Part shown: piece by piece, positions 27,901-37,078 of the stretch
Numbering within the stretch: position 1 is the stretch's first letter
Layout: each line of letters begins with the position of its first letter
The notes under the pieces: model-generated
Database searches by the model: none
What the model was told of the DNA's origin: nothing
The model's input: only the letters and a program-made list of their open reading frames with translations
Assembly: GCA_050950165.1 (NCBI GenBank)
Contig: JBMNHC010000001.1
Location: forward strand, 389,738 to 453,737
Source of the DNA: Candidatus Dojkabacteria bacterium
GTDB lineage: Bacteria > Patescibacteriota > Dojkabacteria > SC72
Direction: 5' to 3'
Length of the DNA stretch: 64,000 nucleotides
Made by a program: the position numbers and the translations under genes

Positions 27901-30355
27901 AGACTGGTTTATGATAGATTCAACATCTAATCCTGTATCTATTAATCACTATGTAGCTCAAAATGTTCTGTTAGCATATGGGGGAGGAAGGGTGGGTATT
28001 GGTATGAATGGTCCTAGTCAGAAGTTAGATGTAGCAGGAAGTATTCGTTCTACTGGTCATTTATTTTTAAATAGGGGAGACCCTACGATTTTCTTACAGG
28101 ACACAGACCATAGAAGTGCTATGGTTTATGCTAATAATAATACTTTTTATATCCTCCGAGGTAGTGGTGTAAATTCTACCACTTGGACTATGTACAATGG
28201 GCAGTGGCCACTTGAAATTAATCTAGAGAATAATGATGCTCTTTTTGGAGGTAAGATTACATCTATAGGTGATGTAGATGTATATAAATATATAACAATT
28301 AATAAACAAGCGAGTAATGCTTGGTTTTCTTTTAGACAATACTTTTCTTCAGGTACATATATAGAGGTTGATACTCCTGGAGGATATCGTGGTATCTCTA
28401 CTTTTGCTTCAAGTCAAAAGTATAAGAAAAATATAGAGGATTTAGAAATTGATAGTAATCTTATATATAGCTTACGACCTGTTAGTTTTAATTGGAAAAC
28501 AGATACAGATGATACACCAAAGACATTTGGTTTAATCGCTGAAGAAGTAGAACAACATATACCAGAGTTAGTTAGGTATAGAGAGAATGGAGAGATTCTT
28601 TCAGTTATATATGAGTTAATAAGCGTATTGAATATGAAAGAGTTGCAGAAACATGAGAGATATATAAAGGAGATTCAAGGGACTTTGGCATTTATTGGTA
28701 CTCCAGTTGGAAATACAAATATATTAGAACGTATAGAAAATCTAGAAAAAATATATAGTGGTAAAGAAGAAAATTATCAAGTAGAAGGTGTTGTAGTTAG
28801 AGGTTCTCTTGTTAGTATTAATACTACTACGCCATGGTCTGTTATTGCTGCTTACGAAGGAAAGGATTCTATTGTTGGTGTAGTTAGTACTAATCCAAGT
28901 GCAGTAATGGATGCAGATGGTGGGTTCCAGATAGGATATGCTACAAAACCAATTTATCAGGACGAGAAAGCTCCCATTGCTCTAGTAGGAACAGCTCCAA
29001 CTTTAGTTACCTCTTTAAATGGTCAGATTGAAATAGGAGACAGTATTGGTGTCTCTAGTTTAGCTGGATTTGGTGCGAAGATGACTCTAGCTGGGTATAC
29101 AGTAGGAAAAGCTTTAGAAAGATTAGATAGTAACAACTGTTCTTCAGTAAGTAATATCAATGCTATTAATTGGCCTGAAGATGACAGTAGGAATTCTCTA
29201 AAACCTTGTTATCTACTCCCTGACGGTACTGTTGTGGGTAAAATCATGGTTGCTATTCAACCATCTTGGTTCGATCCTAAAACCTTCGTGTCTATAGGCG
29301 AAGTCTCTTCCCCAGGCTGGTATAGAATATCTCAAAGTAATGAAAATAGTAGTGCTAATGTAAAAATATCTAACAGTACAGTAGGATCATTACAAAATAT
29401 TAATATGCTAATAGATAAGAATAACATTAATACACTCTCTAACTTTACATCAGGAAACTCTAACATTACTAAATCTAGACTAACAACTGTAGGAAATACT
29501 ACATATTTAGAAATATATATTGAAAATGTAAACAACAATATATTAACTGTTAAAGTAGAAGGCCAAGGATGGAGTGGAACAAACATATCTAAAGTAGAAG
29601 AAACATTTACAGTAAAAGAATACGCATTAGAAGGTGTGCTCCTAGGAGTAAGTGATACATTCTCTGTATCTAAAGAAGGAAGCCTACTAACCTCAATGGT
29701 AAATTCGGACATTGGTAATAGCGGAAGCAGATGGAACGATATATATACTAAGGGAACAATCAGACTAGGAAGTGGAAATAGCGAAGGAGGAATTAGATAC
29801 AATATTGAAAAACAGAGATTAGAATTCTCTAATGATGGAATCAATTGGATAGCTATGGGAGACCTAACATCTAACCTAGTAATATCTCCGGAGTATAGTG
29901 GAGCAATATTGTATGCTGACGGAAGTGATAATAGTGGTAGAATGACATCAGACGCATTAGAAGAGAATGGATCATTTACAAACTACTACGAGTGGAAATC
30001 AGATAGAGACACCCTACAAGACTATGACATATTAGTACGAATTGTATTACCAGATGACTTTGTTAGCTGGAATGAAAACGCAATATCTCTTAACTTCATG
30101 ACAGAAAACTCTGCATCAGTATCTAATAACAAAGTAGAAATGACACTAATAGATAGTAGTGGAACAGATGTAGAAGTAAAAGATGGAATAAGTAAATTAC
30201 CAGGAGTATGGGAGAGAATGACAATAAAGAGTGTAGACATTGATAAATGTCAAAGTGCAGGACAACTCTGTACCCTCAAACTCTCACTGTTTTCTAAAGA
30301 TAGCTACTACTCAAGAGTAGGAGATATTACTCTAAACTATAACAGAGGACTGTAG
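24989..30355 (+). CDS. Giant (1788 aa) secreted tail-fibre-like surface protein with an internal peptidase S74 (intramolecular chaperone) domain
   Basis: A signal peptide is followed by repeated V/IGIGTxxPxxxLDV/IAG motifs typical of phage tail-fibre-like proteins. At about nt 28411-28700 the stretch SSQKYKKNIEDLEIDSNLIYSLRPVSFNWKTD...FGLIAEEVEQHIPELV...ISVLNMKELQKHE matches the S74 chaperone-of-endosialidase consensus, with a Ser...Lys dyad at i/i+5. About 550 aa follow this domain. Confidence 0.7.
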   Translation: MLKTYCSKVAKFVFILLVLPFFFATYKVYAQTSTTVNFQGKIVRNDTGHEGLNVTTGNPACVLAGQDTCDFQVKYYSAQSAGTLYLTETFLNKEIGDYGGVFNLSLGSGTMTPGIYSTLDQVINNSNSVYIEILFSPAGNETYTETFSRMPLQAAPYAIRSKYAGVAQGAFKFENAANATGYTGSDGMVYYDTTDGVLKLYSGGTWVPLATGSSGSNIWQGASISSFSHYPSQFLETTGIATLANFGVDTTENRAWVHGASSRTGFSVYSNYNGSTDWPLVTFKADASGFTSSILQLIQDGTGSILEGYQGSNKVFDVDNRGDMHLSSDGTLYLEPFTSLPSSSDLYPASGEGCLYSVGGNIYWDGACNGSSPKMLNATATSLWTDAGTFTYLTSTSDNLVLGGSTVATARFFFDMTAASGRYFKVDNYNNSETLFTIDSSGNIGIGTASPTHKLDIAGTNSSIANATGDITITPAQNLIISSGKVGIGTSTPSSLLSIGSSSQFQVDGSGDIVKIKGLTYSWPSAHTTNGVLVNNGSGTLSWSTVSGLGGVTGTGSSGQITFWNGTSSITGDNGFWWDNTNKRLGIGTSTPQASIDIAGATSEISNTYGNISILPYQSLVVTGGSTAPTAMWVYKTGSATSGDIFGLRIETNQTVAGALTVFGNRIVNRATHTSGTLAGLQANSTQIQLEGNGGTTNYVEGLTSNITVSTGAIASNVHLLRIFSPTNSGTINHLKGILINNMNAGSSSNYSIYSEGGTMYHAGNVGIGTSSPSGLLDVSNSFYTGTGIILVRPQDSSNEGGEIRLLGAGSNASVFIDNYAGILRILPSSGTVAVEVGGTVNAHSVFWGGSGSRTEARDDIGLRGDAGARSGFYEAHNPSPAANWYPGATGWQHFIDVRHSNITNNYALQIAGSFFNQELYFRKTANSPTTGWNKFVYADSNGNVSIANAASGATLTVGRAAGQPNIKSSTDWFMIDSTSNPVSINHYVAQNVLLAYGGGRVGIGMNGPSQKLDVAGSIRSTGHLFLNRGDPTIFLQDTDHRSAMVYANNNTFYILRGSGVNSTTWTMYNGQWPLEINLENNDALFGGKITSIGDVDVYKYITINKQASNAWFSFRQYFSSGTYIEVDTPGGYRGISTFASSQKYKKNIEDLEIDSNLIYSLRPVSFNWKTDTDDTPKTFGLIAEEVEQHIPELVRYRENGEILSVIYELISVLNMKELQKHERYIKEIQGTLAFIGTPVGNTNILERIENLEKIYSGKEENYQVEGVVVRGSLVSINTTTPWSVIAAYEGKDSIVGVVSTNPSAVMDADGGFQIGYATKPIYQDEKAPIALVGTAPTLVTSLNGQIEIGDSIGVSSLAGFGAKMTLAGYTVGKALERLDSNNCSSVSNINAINWPEDDSRNSLKPCYLLPDGTVVGKIMVAIQPSWFDPKTFVSIGEVSSPGWYRISQSNENSSANVKISNSTVGSLQNINMLIDKNNINTLSNFTSGNSNITKSRLTTVGNTTYLEIYIENVNNNILTVKVEGQGWSGTNISKVEETFTVKEYALEGVLLGVSDTFSVSKEGSLLTSMVNSDIGNSGSRWNDIYTKGTIRLGSGNSEGGIRYNIEKQRLEFSNDGINWIAMGDLTSNLVISPEYSGAILYADGSDNSGRMTSDALEENGSFTNYYEWKSDRDTLQDYDILVRIVLPDDFVSWNENAISLNFMTENSASVSNNKVEMTLIDSSGTDVEVKDGISKLPGVWERMTIKSVDIDKCQSAGQLCTLKLSLFSKDSYYSRVGDITLNYNRGL

Positions 30356-30358
30356 TAA

Positions 30359-33148
30359 ATGAAAAAGAAAAAATTTAAGAAAGTACTCATATGTAGCGGG
30401 TACCTTTTTTTAGGTATTTTCTTTTTTGTACTAATCTTTATCTTAATAAACAAAACCCTCAGAAAAGAAAACGAAGATATCATAGGAGTAGCTGATAGTA
30501 ATACATATTTTAGAAATATTAACCCTAAATTTAGTATAGACTTTGTAGATGGAGAATATATTAGATTTGAAAGTGTAGGCTCATATAAAAACCCTTTTGA
30601 AGAGAAAAAAATATCTCTCTTTCAAAAAATAAAACAATATCTCCAATTTAAGAACAAAAGAGAAGGAATTGAGATAAAACTAGAATCAATATCATATGAC
30701 AAAGAAATAGAAGATATTACAGGAAAAGAATTCTTAGAATCAGAATTAAACAGAAGTATAGAACTAATAGATGGTAAAAAAATAATATCTAAAAACATAT
30801 ACAGAGGAATAGATATAGAGTATGAAGTAGTAAAAGGAAAAGGACTTAAAGAAGAAATAGTCCTAAGAGATATCCCAGAGTACAAAACAGTTTGTGAAAA
30901 GAAAGAATGTATATTACCTGCTAACAGATATATCTTTAAAATTACACTAGATGAAGGATTACAACTAAAAAGAAGTATTACTAATCTAAAAGAATACCCA
31001 GCAGGAACATATTATGTAGTAGATAAGAAAGGAAATTACTTCGTACACCTCTTACCAGAATTTGCAGTAGATGCGTTAGGAAATAAAACGAGTAACTTAG
31101 ATATTGTCATCGAACCTTTAGAGAAAAACAATGAATACCTCTATAAATTAACACTAGATGCACAATGGCTACTTAGTAATGAAAGGGCCTTCCCTGTAAG
31201 AATAGACCCCAGTATTGTGCATGACAGCCTGTTAGCTCTAGATTTAGGAACATATGACAGAGTAGCATCGGACCAAACATCAACAGTAAGATTAGATAGT
31301 GCACTTAGCGGAGAATATACCTCTTCAATTTTGGATCTTGGAAGTAATGCATCTCTTGATGATATTAGATGGAGTACTTTTGCTCAAGCAACAGGAGATA
31401 GATATATTCCCTTTTCTCAATTAAGAATCATCTTAGAAGAGAATCTCTCTAATATGGTTGTTGGAAAAGACAAACAAACAAAAACATTTAATATCCCATT
31501 AGAACAAAGCTCTTTCTTTACAATAGAGAGTTGGATATATCAAAGATATGTTGGTGAGTACAACTTAGAAAACATCTTTAGATCTTCTTTGGGTAATATA
31601 GTAGTTAGTGATGGTGTGTACGGTTTCCAAAATACAAATGGAAACATCTTTAAATTTAATATCCCTGTTAAATATAACGCTTGGGTACATCTTGCTGTAA
31701 TATTTGACTTAGAAGATAATCAACTCTCTCTATACATAGATGGTAAGGAAGAAAAAATATCTGTAGACTTTGCAAACAAAACAACCCTAACTCAAGTAAT
31801 CTTAGGAGGTACTAACAGTATCTATGGACATATTGATCTACTAAGAGCATACAGTAGACTACTAACAAGCTACGAAATAATATCTAACTCTCAATATACT
31901 GACCTTTTCCTTACATACAGAGAGAGTGAAAACGGAAAAGAGTGGAGAGATTGGAAGTACAGTTTAATACCAATACTCTCACCAGAGCTAAGAGAGAAAG
32001 AAATATATATCAAGACCGATAACAGTGTGATTAATGATGATACCGTCTTAACTTTTCTCTCTCAATCGGACAAAGCAGAGGAAGTATATATAAGTGGAAG
32101 CCCTATAGAGGCGGGAGTAGAAGATACTAATACTACTCTTTTAGACAAAACAAACAACACCTACACTATGGAAAATATCAAATATCTCGATCTATGGTTT
32201 AGCCCACAACAAAATGAGAACCTCTGCTTACTTAATATATCAAATTCCATTTTAGAAACTAATACAGACGGCAAAATACTACTTAAAACACCAAACAAAA
32301 CCCTCTTCTCCGAAGACTCATATATATTAGGTAAACAAAATCATATAGCAATAAAAGTAGAAAATACTAGATTAATATTCTTTCTCAATGGAAACAGAAC
32401 CAGTATAGAGATACCAAACTACCAATTACCCCCTGAAGGAAGTTATAGCATCTCTCAAAACTGTAGTAGTGGCTTAGGAGAAGCTACTGTAGAAAAAGTT
32501 AGAATATCCTCTGAAGAAAATATAGATGTGTATGAAGTAGCTAATATTGAAAACAGAAAATATATAACTACACCTACATTTAAAGCAACACTATCCAATC
32601 CTCTCTTTGCTGAAAACAAGAATATGTACCTCAAAGAAGAAACTAACTCATCCAACTATGTCCAAAACTTAAATGCAGAAGATATACTTGTGATAGAAGA
32701 AGGAGAGTATAAATTAGAAGGAAAAGTTGTACAAATAGATAAAGCAACAGGATTAGTAGAAGTAGAACAGTGGAGTGGGCAGTTCCCATCAACAGGCTTT
32801 ACTAATCAAGCGAGGATATATAAATGGCAAAGAGAATATATACCAGTAAAAAGATATATAGATAGTGATAGTAGTATCTTTTTGAATAGTAGAGATAATT
32901 TAGTTCTAAAAGACATACAGCTAATATCTTTTCCTAAAGAAGATAACTCTTTACTACCTATGAATAATCTTGAGACAGCATATCTACAATACAAATTTGT
33001 ATTCTTTTCAAAACTCCTAGGCTTAACACCGTATCTTTCTAGTGTTAATATTAACTATACAAACAGTAGGCCTGCGATGGAGCAGATAATGAGACATGGT
33101 AAATGGTTTAGTGATAAAGGAGAAGAGCCCTTCTGGTGGGCTAAATAA
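30359..33148 (+). CDS. Large membrane-anchored protein with a LamG/concanavalin-A-like lectin domain; hypothetical
   Basis: N-terminal TM (VLICSGYLFLGIFFFVLIFIL). A LamG-like segment lies around aa 380-500 (WVHLAVIFDLEDNQLSLYIDGKEE...DLLRAYSRLLTSYEI). The gene starts 3 nt after the stop of the giant upstream gene. Confidence 0.5.
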   Translation: MKKKKFKKVLICSGYLFLGIFFFVLIFILINKTLRKENEDIIGVADSNTYFRNINPKFSIDFVDGEYIRFESVGSYKNPFEEKKISLFQKIKQYLQFKNKREGIEIKLESISYDKEIEDITGKEFLESELNRSIELIDGKKIISKNIYRGIDIEYEVVKGKGLKEEIVLRDIPEYKTVCEKKECILPANRYIFKITLDEGLQLKRSITNLKEYPAGTYYVVDKKGNYFVHLLPEFAVDALGNKTSNLDIVIEPLEKNNEYLYKLTLDAQWLLSNERAFPVRIDPSIVHDSLLALDLGTYDRVASDQTSTVRLDSALSGEYTSSILDLGSNASLDDIRWSTFAQATGDRYIPFSQLRIILEENLSNMVVGKDKQTKTFNIPLEQSSFFTIESWIYQRYVGEYNLENIFRSSLGNIVVSDGVYGFQNTNGNIFKFNIPVKYNAWVHLAVIFDLEDNQLSLYIDGKEEKISVDFANKTTLTQVILGGTNSIYGHIDLLRAYSRLLTSYEIISNSQYTDLFLTYRESENGKEWRDWKYSLIPILSPELREKEIYIKTDNSVINDDTVLTFLSQSDKAEEVYISGSPIEAGVEDTNTTLLDKTNNTYTMENIKYLDLWFSPQQNENLCLLNISNSILETNTDGKILLKTPNKTLFSEDSYILGKQNHIAIKVENTRLIFFLNGNRTSIEIPNYQLPPEGSYSISQNCSSGLGEATVEKVRISSEENIDVYEVANIENRKYITTPTFKATLSNPLFAENKNMYLKEETNSSNYVQNLNAEDILVIEEGEYKLEGKVVQIDKATGLVEVEQWSGQFPSTGFTNQARIYKWQREYIPVKRYIDSDSSIFLNSRDNLVLKDIQLISFPKEDNSLLPMNNLETAYLQYKFVFFSKLLGLTPYLSSVNINYTNSRPAMEQIMRHGKWFSDKGEEPFWWAK

Positions 33149-33167
33149 CTTTTTAAAAATTTAAAAT

Positions 33168-33791
33168 ATGGGACTAAAAGAAGCCTTAGGAGATAACAAA
33201 AAATTTCTCTTCTTAGCTTTTGCTTTACTCATTGTTAGTGTAATAATGATGCTCTCTTTAAACTCTAATAAATATTCTCCCATAAGACCATTAGGAGAAA
33301 GCAAAAAAACATATACTGAACCAGAACAAGTTATGCAAGAAGGTGTGGATTACAGCATTACAATAAAGACATCAGTAGGAGATATCTATGTAGACCTCTA
33401 TGAAAGTAAAGCTCCTAAGAATGTAAATAGCCTTCTCTTTTTAATAGGTGAACGATACTACGAAGACCTTACGTTCCATAAAGTAATTAAAGACTTTGTA
33501 ATACAAGCAGGAGATACTGAAGGAGATGGAAGTGGAGATCCAGGATATACCGTTACTATGGAGAATACAAAAGAGCCTTTCTCAGACTATACACTTGGAA
33601 TGGCAAATGCATCTCAATTTTTCATAGTTCTTCCTAACTCCAACAAAGACGATTTTAATGGTAAGTTTAGTCCCATAGGGAGGGTAACATCAGGCTTCGC
33701 AGTAGTCAATGCAATATCAAAAGTAGAAGTATCCAAAAACTATAAGCCCAAAAACGACATTACCATTAACTCCATACAAATTACAGAATAA
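33168..33791 (+). CDS. Membrane-anchored cyclophilin-type peptidyl-prolyl cis-trans isomerase
   Basis: N-terminal TM. Cyclophilin motifs FHKVIKDFVIQAGD and GMANA...QFFIV are present. Confidence 0.8.
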   Translation: MGLKEALGDNKKFLFLAFALLIVSVIMMLSLNSNKYSPIRPLGESKKTYTEPEQVMQEGVDYSITIKTSVGDIYVDLYESKAPKNVNSLLFLIGERYYEDLTFHKVIKDFVIQAGDTEGDGSGDPGYTVTMENTKEPFSDYTLGMANASQFFIVLPNSNKDDFNGKFSPIGRVTSGFAVVNAISKVEVSKNYKPKNDITINSIQITE

Positions 33792-33851
33792 CTCTCTACA
33801 GGCTGTTGATATTCAGAATTTTTTCATATCTACCATCTACAATACTAGTAG

Positions 33852-34547
33852 ATGGAGTCTTCAGTAAGAACAAAAAATATCTTAACTCTCTTTGCATTCT
33901 TTACAATGGGCTTTACTGTGGGAGTGGGGCTGGTCAGTGTAGAGAAGGAGAATCTCTTAGTTCTGCTACATCAGTTTAGGGGGGAAAGAACCTTAGGCGT
34001 GGCTGTTGAGCAGGAAACGGAGGACGTTGAAGAAGAGAAAGAAGAAGTAGTGGAGCCAGAAGTAGATCTCTGTGCAGTAAGAGTAGATATTGCAGGGGCA
34101 GTGCAAAATCCGGGGGTTTACTGTTTGGAAAAGGATAGTGCTGTAGTGGATGCGGTACAGAAAGCTGGAGGGTTTACTAGGCAGGTAGCGAAAAAGTACG
34201 TAGGAATGAGAGTAAATCTAGCTTCTCTGCTAGTAGACAATGGAAAGGTGTACATACCGCTTGAGCAAGACTCCATCTGTCAACTACTAGAGTTTAAGCT
34301 TCCCAAAGAAGTAGAAGAGATAGTGCAGACGAAAAAAACTGAACAGCAAACAACAGATACCCCTAAGGAGTGTGTCAATATAAATAGTGGAAGTAAAAGC
34401 GAGCTAGAAACTCTACCTGGCGTAGGACCATCTACAGCACAGAAAATAATAGATAATAGGCCTTACAAAGCATTAGAAGATCTATTAAATGTTAGTGGAA
34501 TAGGGGAAGTGACATATGCAAAACTTAAAGAAAAGATATGTTTATAA
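33852..34547 (+). CDS. comEA: Competence protein ComEA (TM, SLBB and helix-hairpin-helix DNA-binding domain)
   Basis: N-terminal TM. SLBB-like segment VRVDIAGAVQNPGVYCL. Tandem HhH at the C-terminus (ELETLPGVGPSTAQKIIDNRPY...LLNVSGIGEVTYAKLKEKI). Confidence 0.8.
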   Translation: MESSVRTKNILTLFAFFTMGFTVGVGLVSVEKENLLVLLHQFRGERTLGVAVEQETEDVEEEKEEVVEPEVDLCAVRVDIAGAVQNPGVYCLEKDSAVVDAVQKAGGFTRQVAKKYVGMRVNLASLLVDNGKVYIPLEQDSICQLLEFKLPKEVEEIVQTKKTEQQTTDTPKECVNINSGSKSELETLPGVGPSTAQKIIDNRPYKALEDLLNVSGIGEVTYAKLKEKICL

Positions 34548-36067
34548 ATACAATAAAATATATATCTTGCAGAATATTAACACTAATACTGTTTTTCAAA
34601 GATGCTAAGATAGTTCCAATCTGTTTTACAATTCTGTTTTTACATATTTCAATCCAAACAAAGATAGAAAACGAAATATTTTCAAATTTCAATTTTAATT
34701 ACCAACTACTTTCCTCCAAAATCCCCATTCTCCTGTTTATCATCCCAATATTCCTTGTTTCACAGAAGGAAACCTCCATTGTTCACAATCTAGCAACATC
34801 TGCTCTTTTAGGTATAGCCATACTCTTTCTTGTTCTTTCTTCAATCTCTCTTACATATTCCCAATTTCTTTCCAAAAGAGAAAAATTCCAAGGTTTCATA
34901 GATAAAAATATCATCTTAGAAGGTAAAATACTCTCTACTGAGGATACAGATAAATATATACTGGGTAGTAGAGGAGATGAAGTAGGAAAGATACTCCTAA
35001 AATTTAATCAATTTACGACACTACATCCAGGAGTAGAGTGTAAAATACATGGTAAAGCTGTGGAACCTAAGAGTTTTGAAGATTTTGACTACAAAAAATA
35101 TCTTTACAGAAAAGGAATCTATGGAATATTAGAAGTTACTAAATATGAATGTAGTGAAAACACTTTTAATCTCTTAATCCTTAGATCAAAACTAGAAAGA
35201 ATAGTATTTAAGAACCTCTCCGAACCAGAATCCTCTCTGTTAATTGGAATCCTTGTTGGAAGTAAACAAGTATTTACAAAAGATTTTAACCTAGCATTAC
35301 AAAATTCAGGACTCTCTCATATAATCTCGGCCTCTGGATACAATGTTGCATTAGTAGCATCTATTGTAGATAGATCTTTTGGTAAAAATGGAAATAAGTT
35401 GGTAGCTTTAGTTAAAATATTCTTAATTTGGACCTTTGCAATCTTTGCAGGACTCTCATCATCACTTGTTAGAGCCTCTACAATGGCTACCATACATCTC
35501 TTTGTTCAACTTTTGGGCAGAGATATCTCTAGAGGCATCTCCATACTTCTTTGTGCTACAGTTTTAGTACTTCTTAACCCCTTCATACTCTATGATATCG
35601 GCTTCCTACTCTCATCTAGTGCTACTGTAGGACTAATATTCTTTCCTAAATGCTTCAATATTAAATCTGTATGGATTAAAGACTCTTTTCTACCTGTAAT
35701 TACATGTACAATATTTACTTTACCAGTCATCATATATTTCTTTAGTAAAATCTCCTTAGTTTCAATATTAACTAACCTCATCGCAATACCGATAGTTCAA
35801 TACACAGTAGGATTTGGAGTAGTAGTAATATTTTTAAATAGCATAAGCAATATATTTAGTTTTCTTTTCTTCATACCATATGTTCAACTTAACCTCTTTA
35901 GATATCTAGTAGAGATATCCTCTCTAATCCCATCTGTGGTGATAGAGTTTGACCCTAAGACTCTCTGCTTGATTATGTTTCTGAGCATATTTATCTTTAC
36001 TTTGTTAAAATATCCCATATCTAATGAAAATTACTACCTTAAAAAAGCTAAATCTCTCACTTCTTAA
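34538..36067 (+). CDS. comEC: ComEC/Rec2 DNA-uptake channel: N-terminal DUF4131 plus polytopic competence domain; lacks the C-terminal metallo-beta-lactamase domain
   Basis: Multiple TM helices and the conserved competence-domain segment LALQNSGLSHIISASGYNVALVASIV. The stop lies in an overlap with the next ORF. Confidence 0.75.
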   Translation: MFINTIKYISCRILTLILFFKDAKIVPICFTILFLHISIQTKIENEIFSNFNFNYQLLSSKIPILLFIIPIFLVSQKETSIVHNLATSALLGIAILFLVLSSISLTYSQFLSKREKFQGFIDKNIILEGKILSTEDTDKYILGSRGDEVGKILLKFNQFTTLHPGVECKIHGKAVEPKSFEDFDYKKYLYRKGIYGILEVTKYECSENTFNLLILRSKLERIVFKNLSEPESSLLIGILVGSKQVFTKDFNLALQNSGLSHIISASGYNVALVASIVDRSFGKNGNKLVALVKIFLIWTFAIFAGLSSSLVRASTMATIHLFVQLLGRDISRGISILLCATVLVLLNPFILYDIGFLLSSSATVGLIFFPKCFNIKSVWIKDSFLPVITCTIFTLPVIIYFFSKISLVSILTNLIAIPIVQYTVGFGVVVIFLNSISNIFSFLFFIPYVQLNLFRYLVEISSLIPSVVIEFDPKTLCLIMFLSIFIFTLLKYPISNENYYLKKAKSLTS

Positions 36068-36869
36068 CATATTACAATTTTCCCTTTGGGTAGTAATATT
36101 CTTGATATATCTCCTTAGTGTAAAACCTTCTGATACAGTAGTATTCTTTAATATTGGGCAAGGAGATGCAATTCTAATACAGGAAGGAGATATACAGTTA
36201 TTAGTAGATGGAGGTAATGGTAGAGAGATACTGTATGAACTACCTAAATATATGCCATTCTATGACAGACATATCGAATATATATTGCTAACTCATCCTC
36301 ACGATGATCATCTAGTAGGCCTATTAAATGTCGTACAGAGATATTCTGTAGGAGAGATTCTCTACTATCCAGTCTGCTACAACAACCCAAACTATAAGAC
36401 CCTGATATCTGGCAATACAAAAGAAAGAACAATTTCAGCTGGCGACGCTATAAGCCTAAATACATTAAAAATAAATATATTGTGGCCTAGAGCAGGGGAG
36501 TTAACAGAACAGAACTGCTTTAAGTCTTTTGATGGTAATATAAATAACGATTCTGTAGTACTAGAATTTGAGTTTTTAAACAAAAACTTCCTACTTATGG
36601 CAGATGCAGAGAAAAAAGTAGAAGACATTCTAGTTACAGAAAATATTCTAACCAAAAAATATGATATCCTTAAAGCAGGACATCACTGCTCTAAAACCTC
36701 CTCTAGTGAAACCTTCCTAAAAGCCATCTCTCCCAAGTATGCCATATGTTCAAGTGGAGAAGGGAATAAGTTTGGACACCCAAGTAGTGAAACTCTGCAA
36801 AATTTCTCCAACCTTTCTGTTCAATATCTGATAACATATGAAGAAGGAAACATACAGATTAAGCAGTAG
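36024..36869 (+). CDS. Metallo-beta-lactamase-fold protein corresponding to the ComEC C-terminal domain, on a separate ORF in the +1 frame
   Basis: Motifs GQGDAILIQ...LLVDGG, THPHDDHLVGL (HxHxDH) and KAGHHCS. It overlaps the comEC ORF by 44 nt, and an A6 run at 36041-36046 lies inside the overlap. Confidence 0.75.
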   Translation: MKITTLKKLNLSLLNILQFSLWVVIFLIYLLSVKPSDTVVFFNIGQGDAILIQEGDIQLLVDGGNGREILYELPKYMPFYDRHIEYILLTHPHDDHLVGLLNVVQRYSVGEILYYPVCYNNPNYKTLISGNTKERTISAGDAISLNTLKINILWPRAGELTEQNCFKSFDGNINNDSVVLEFEFLNKNFLLMADAEKKVEDILVTENILTKKYDILKAGHHCSKTSSSETFLKAISPKYAICSSGEGNKFGHPSSETLQNFSNLSVQYLITYEEGNIQIKQ

Positions 36870-36890
36870 ATATGGTAAAATTAGCTCTGA

Positions 36891-36964
36891 GTACTCGTAG
36901 CTCAATTGGATAGAGCATTGGTTTGCGGAACCAAAGGTTGACAGTTCGATTCTGTCCGAGTACG
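36891..36964 (+). tRNA. tRNA-Arg (anticodon GCG)
   Basis: Manual cloverleaf: acceptor GUACUCG/CGAGUAC, anticodon stem UUGGU/ACCAA, loop UUGCGGA with G37, T-arm GACAG-UUCGAUU-CUGUC, discriminator G. Confidence 0.7.
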
Positions 36965-36980
36965 TACTTAACAAAATGTG

Positions 36981-37054
<74 letters not shown>

Positions 37055-37078
37055 TTTGTAGTATACTTTGTAGATATA

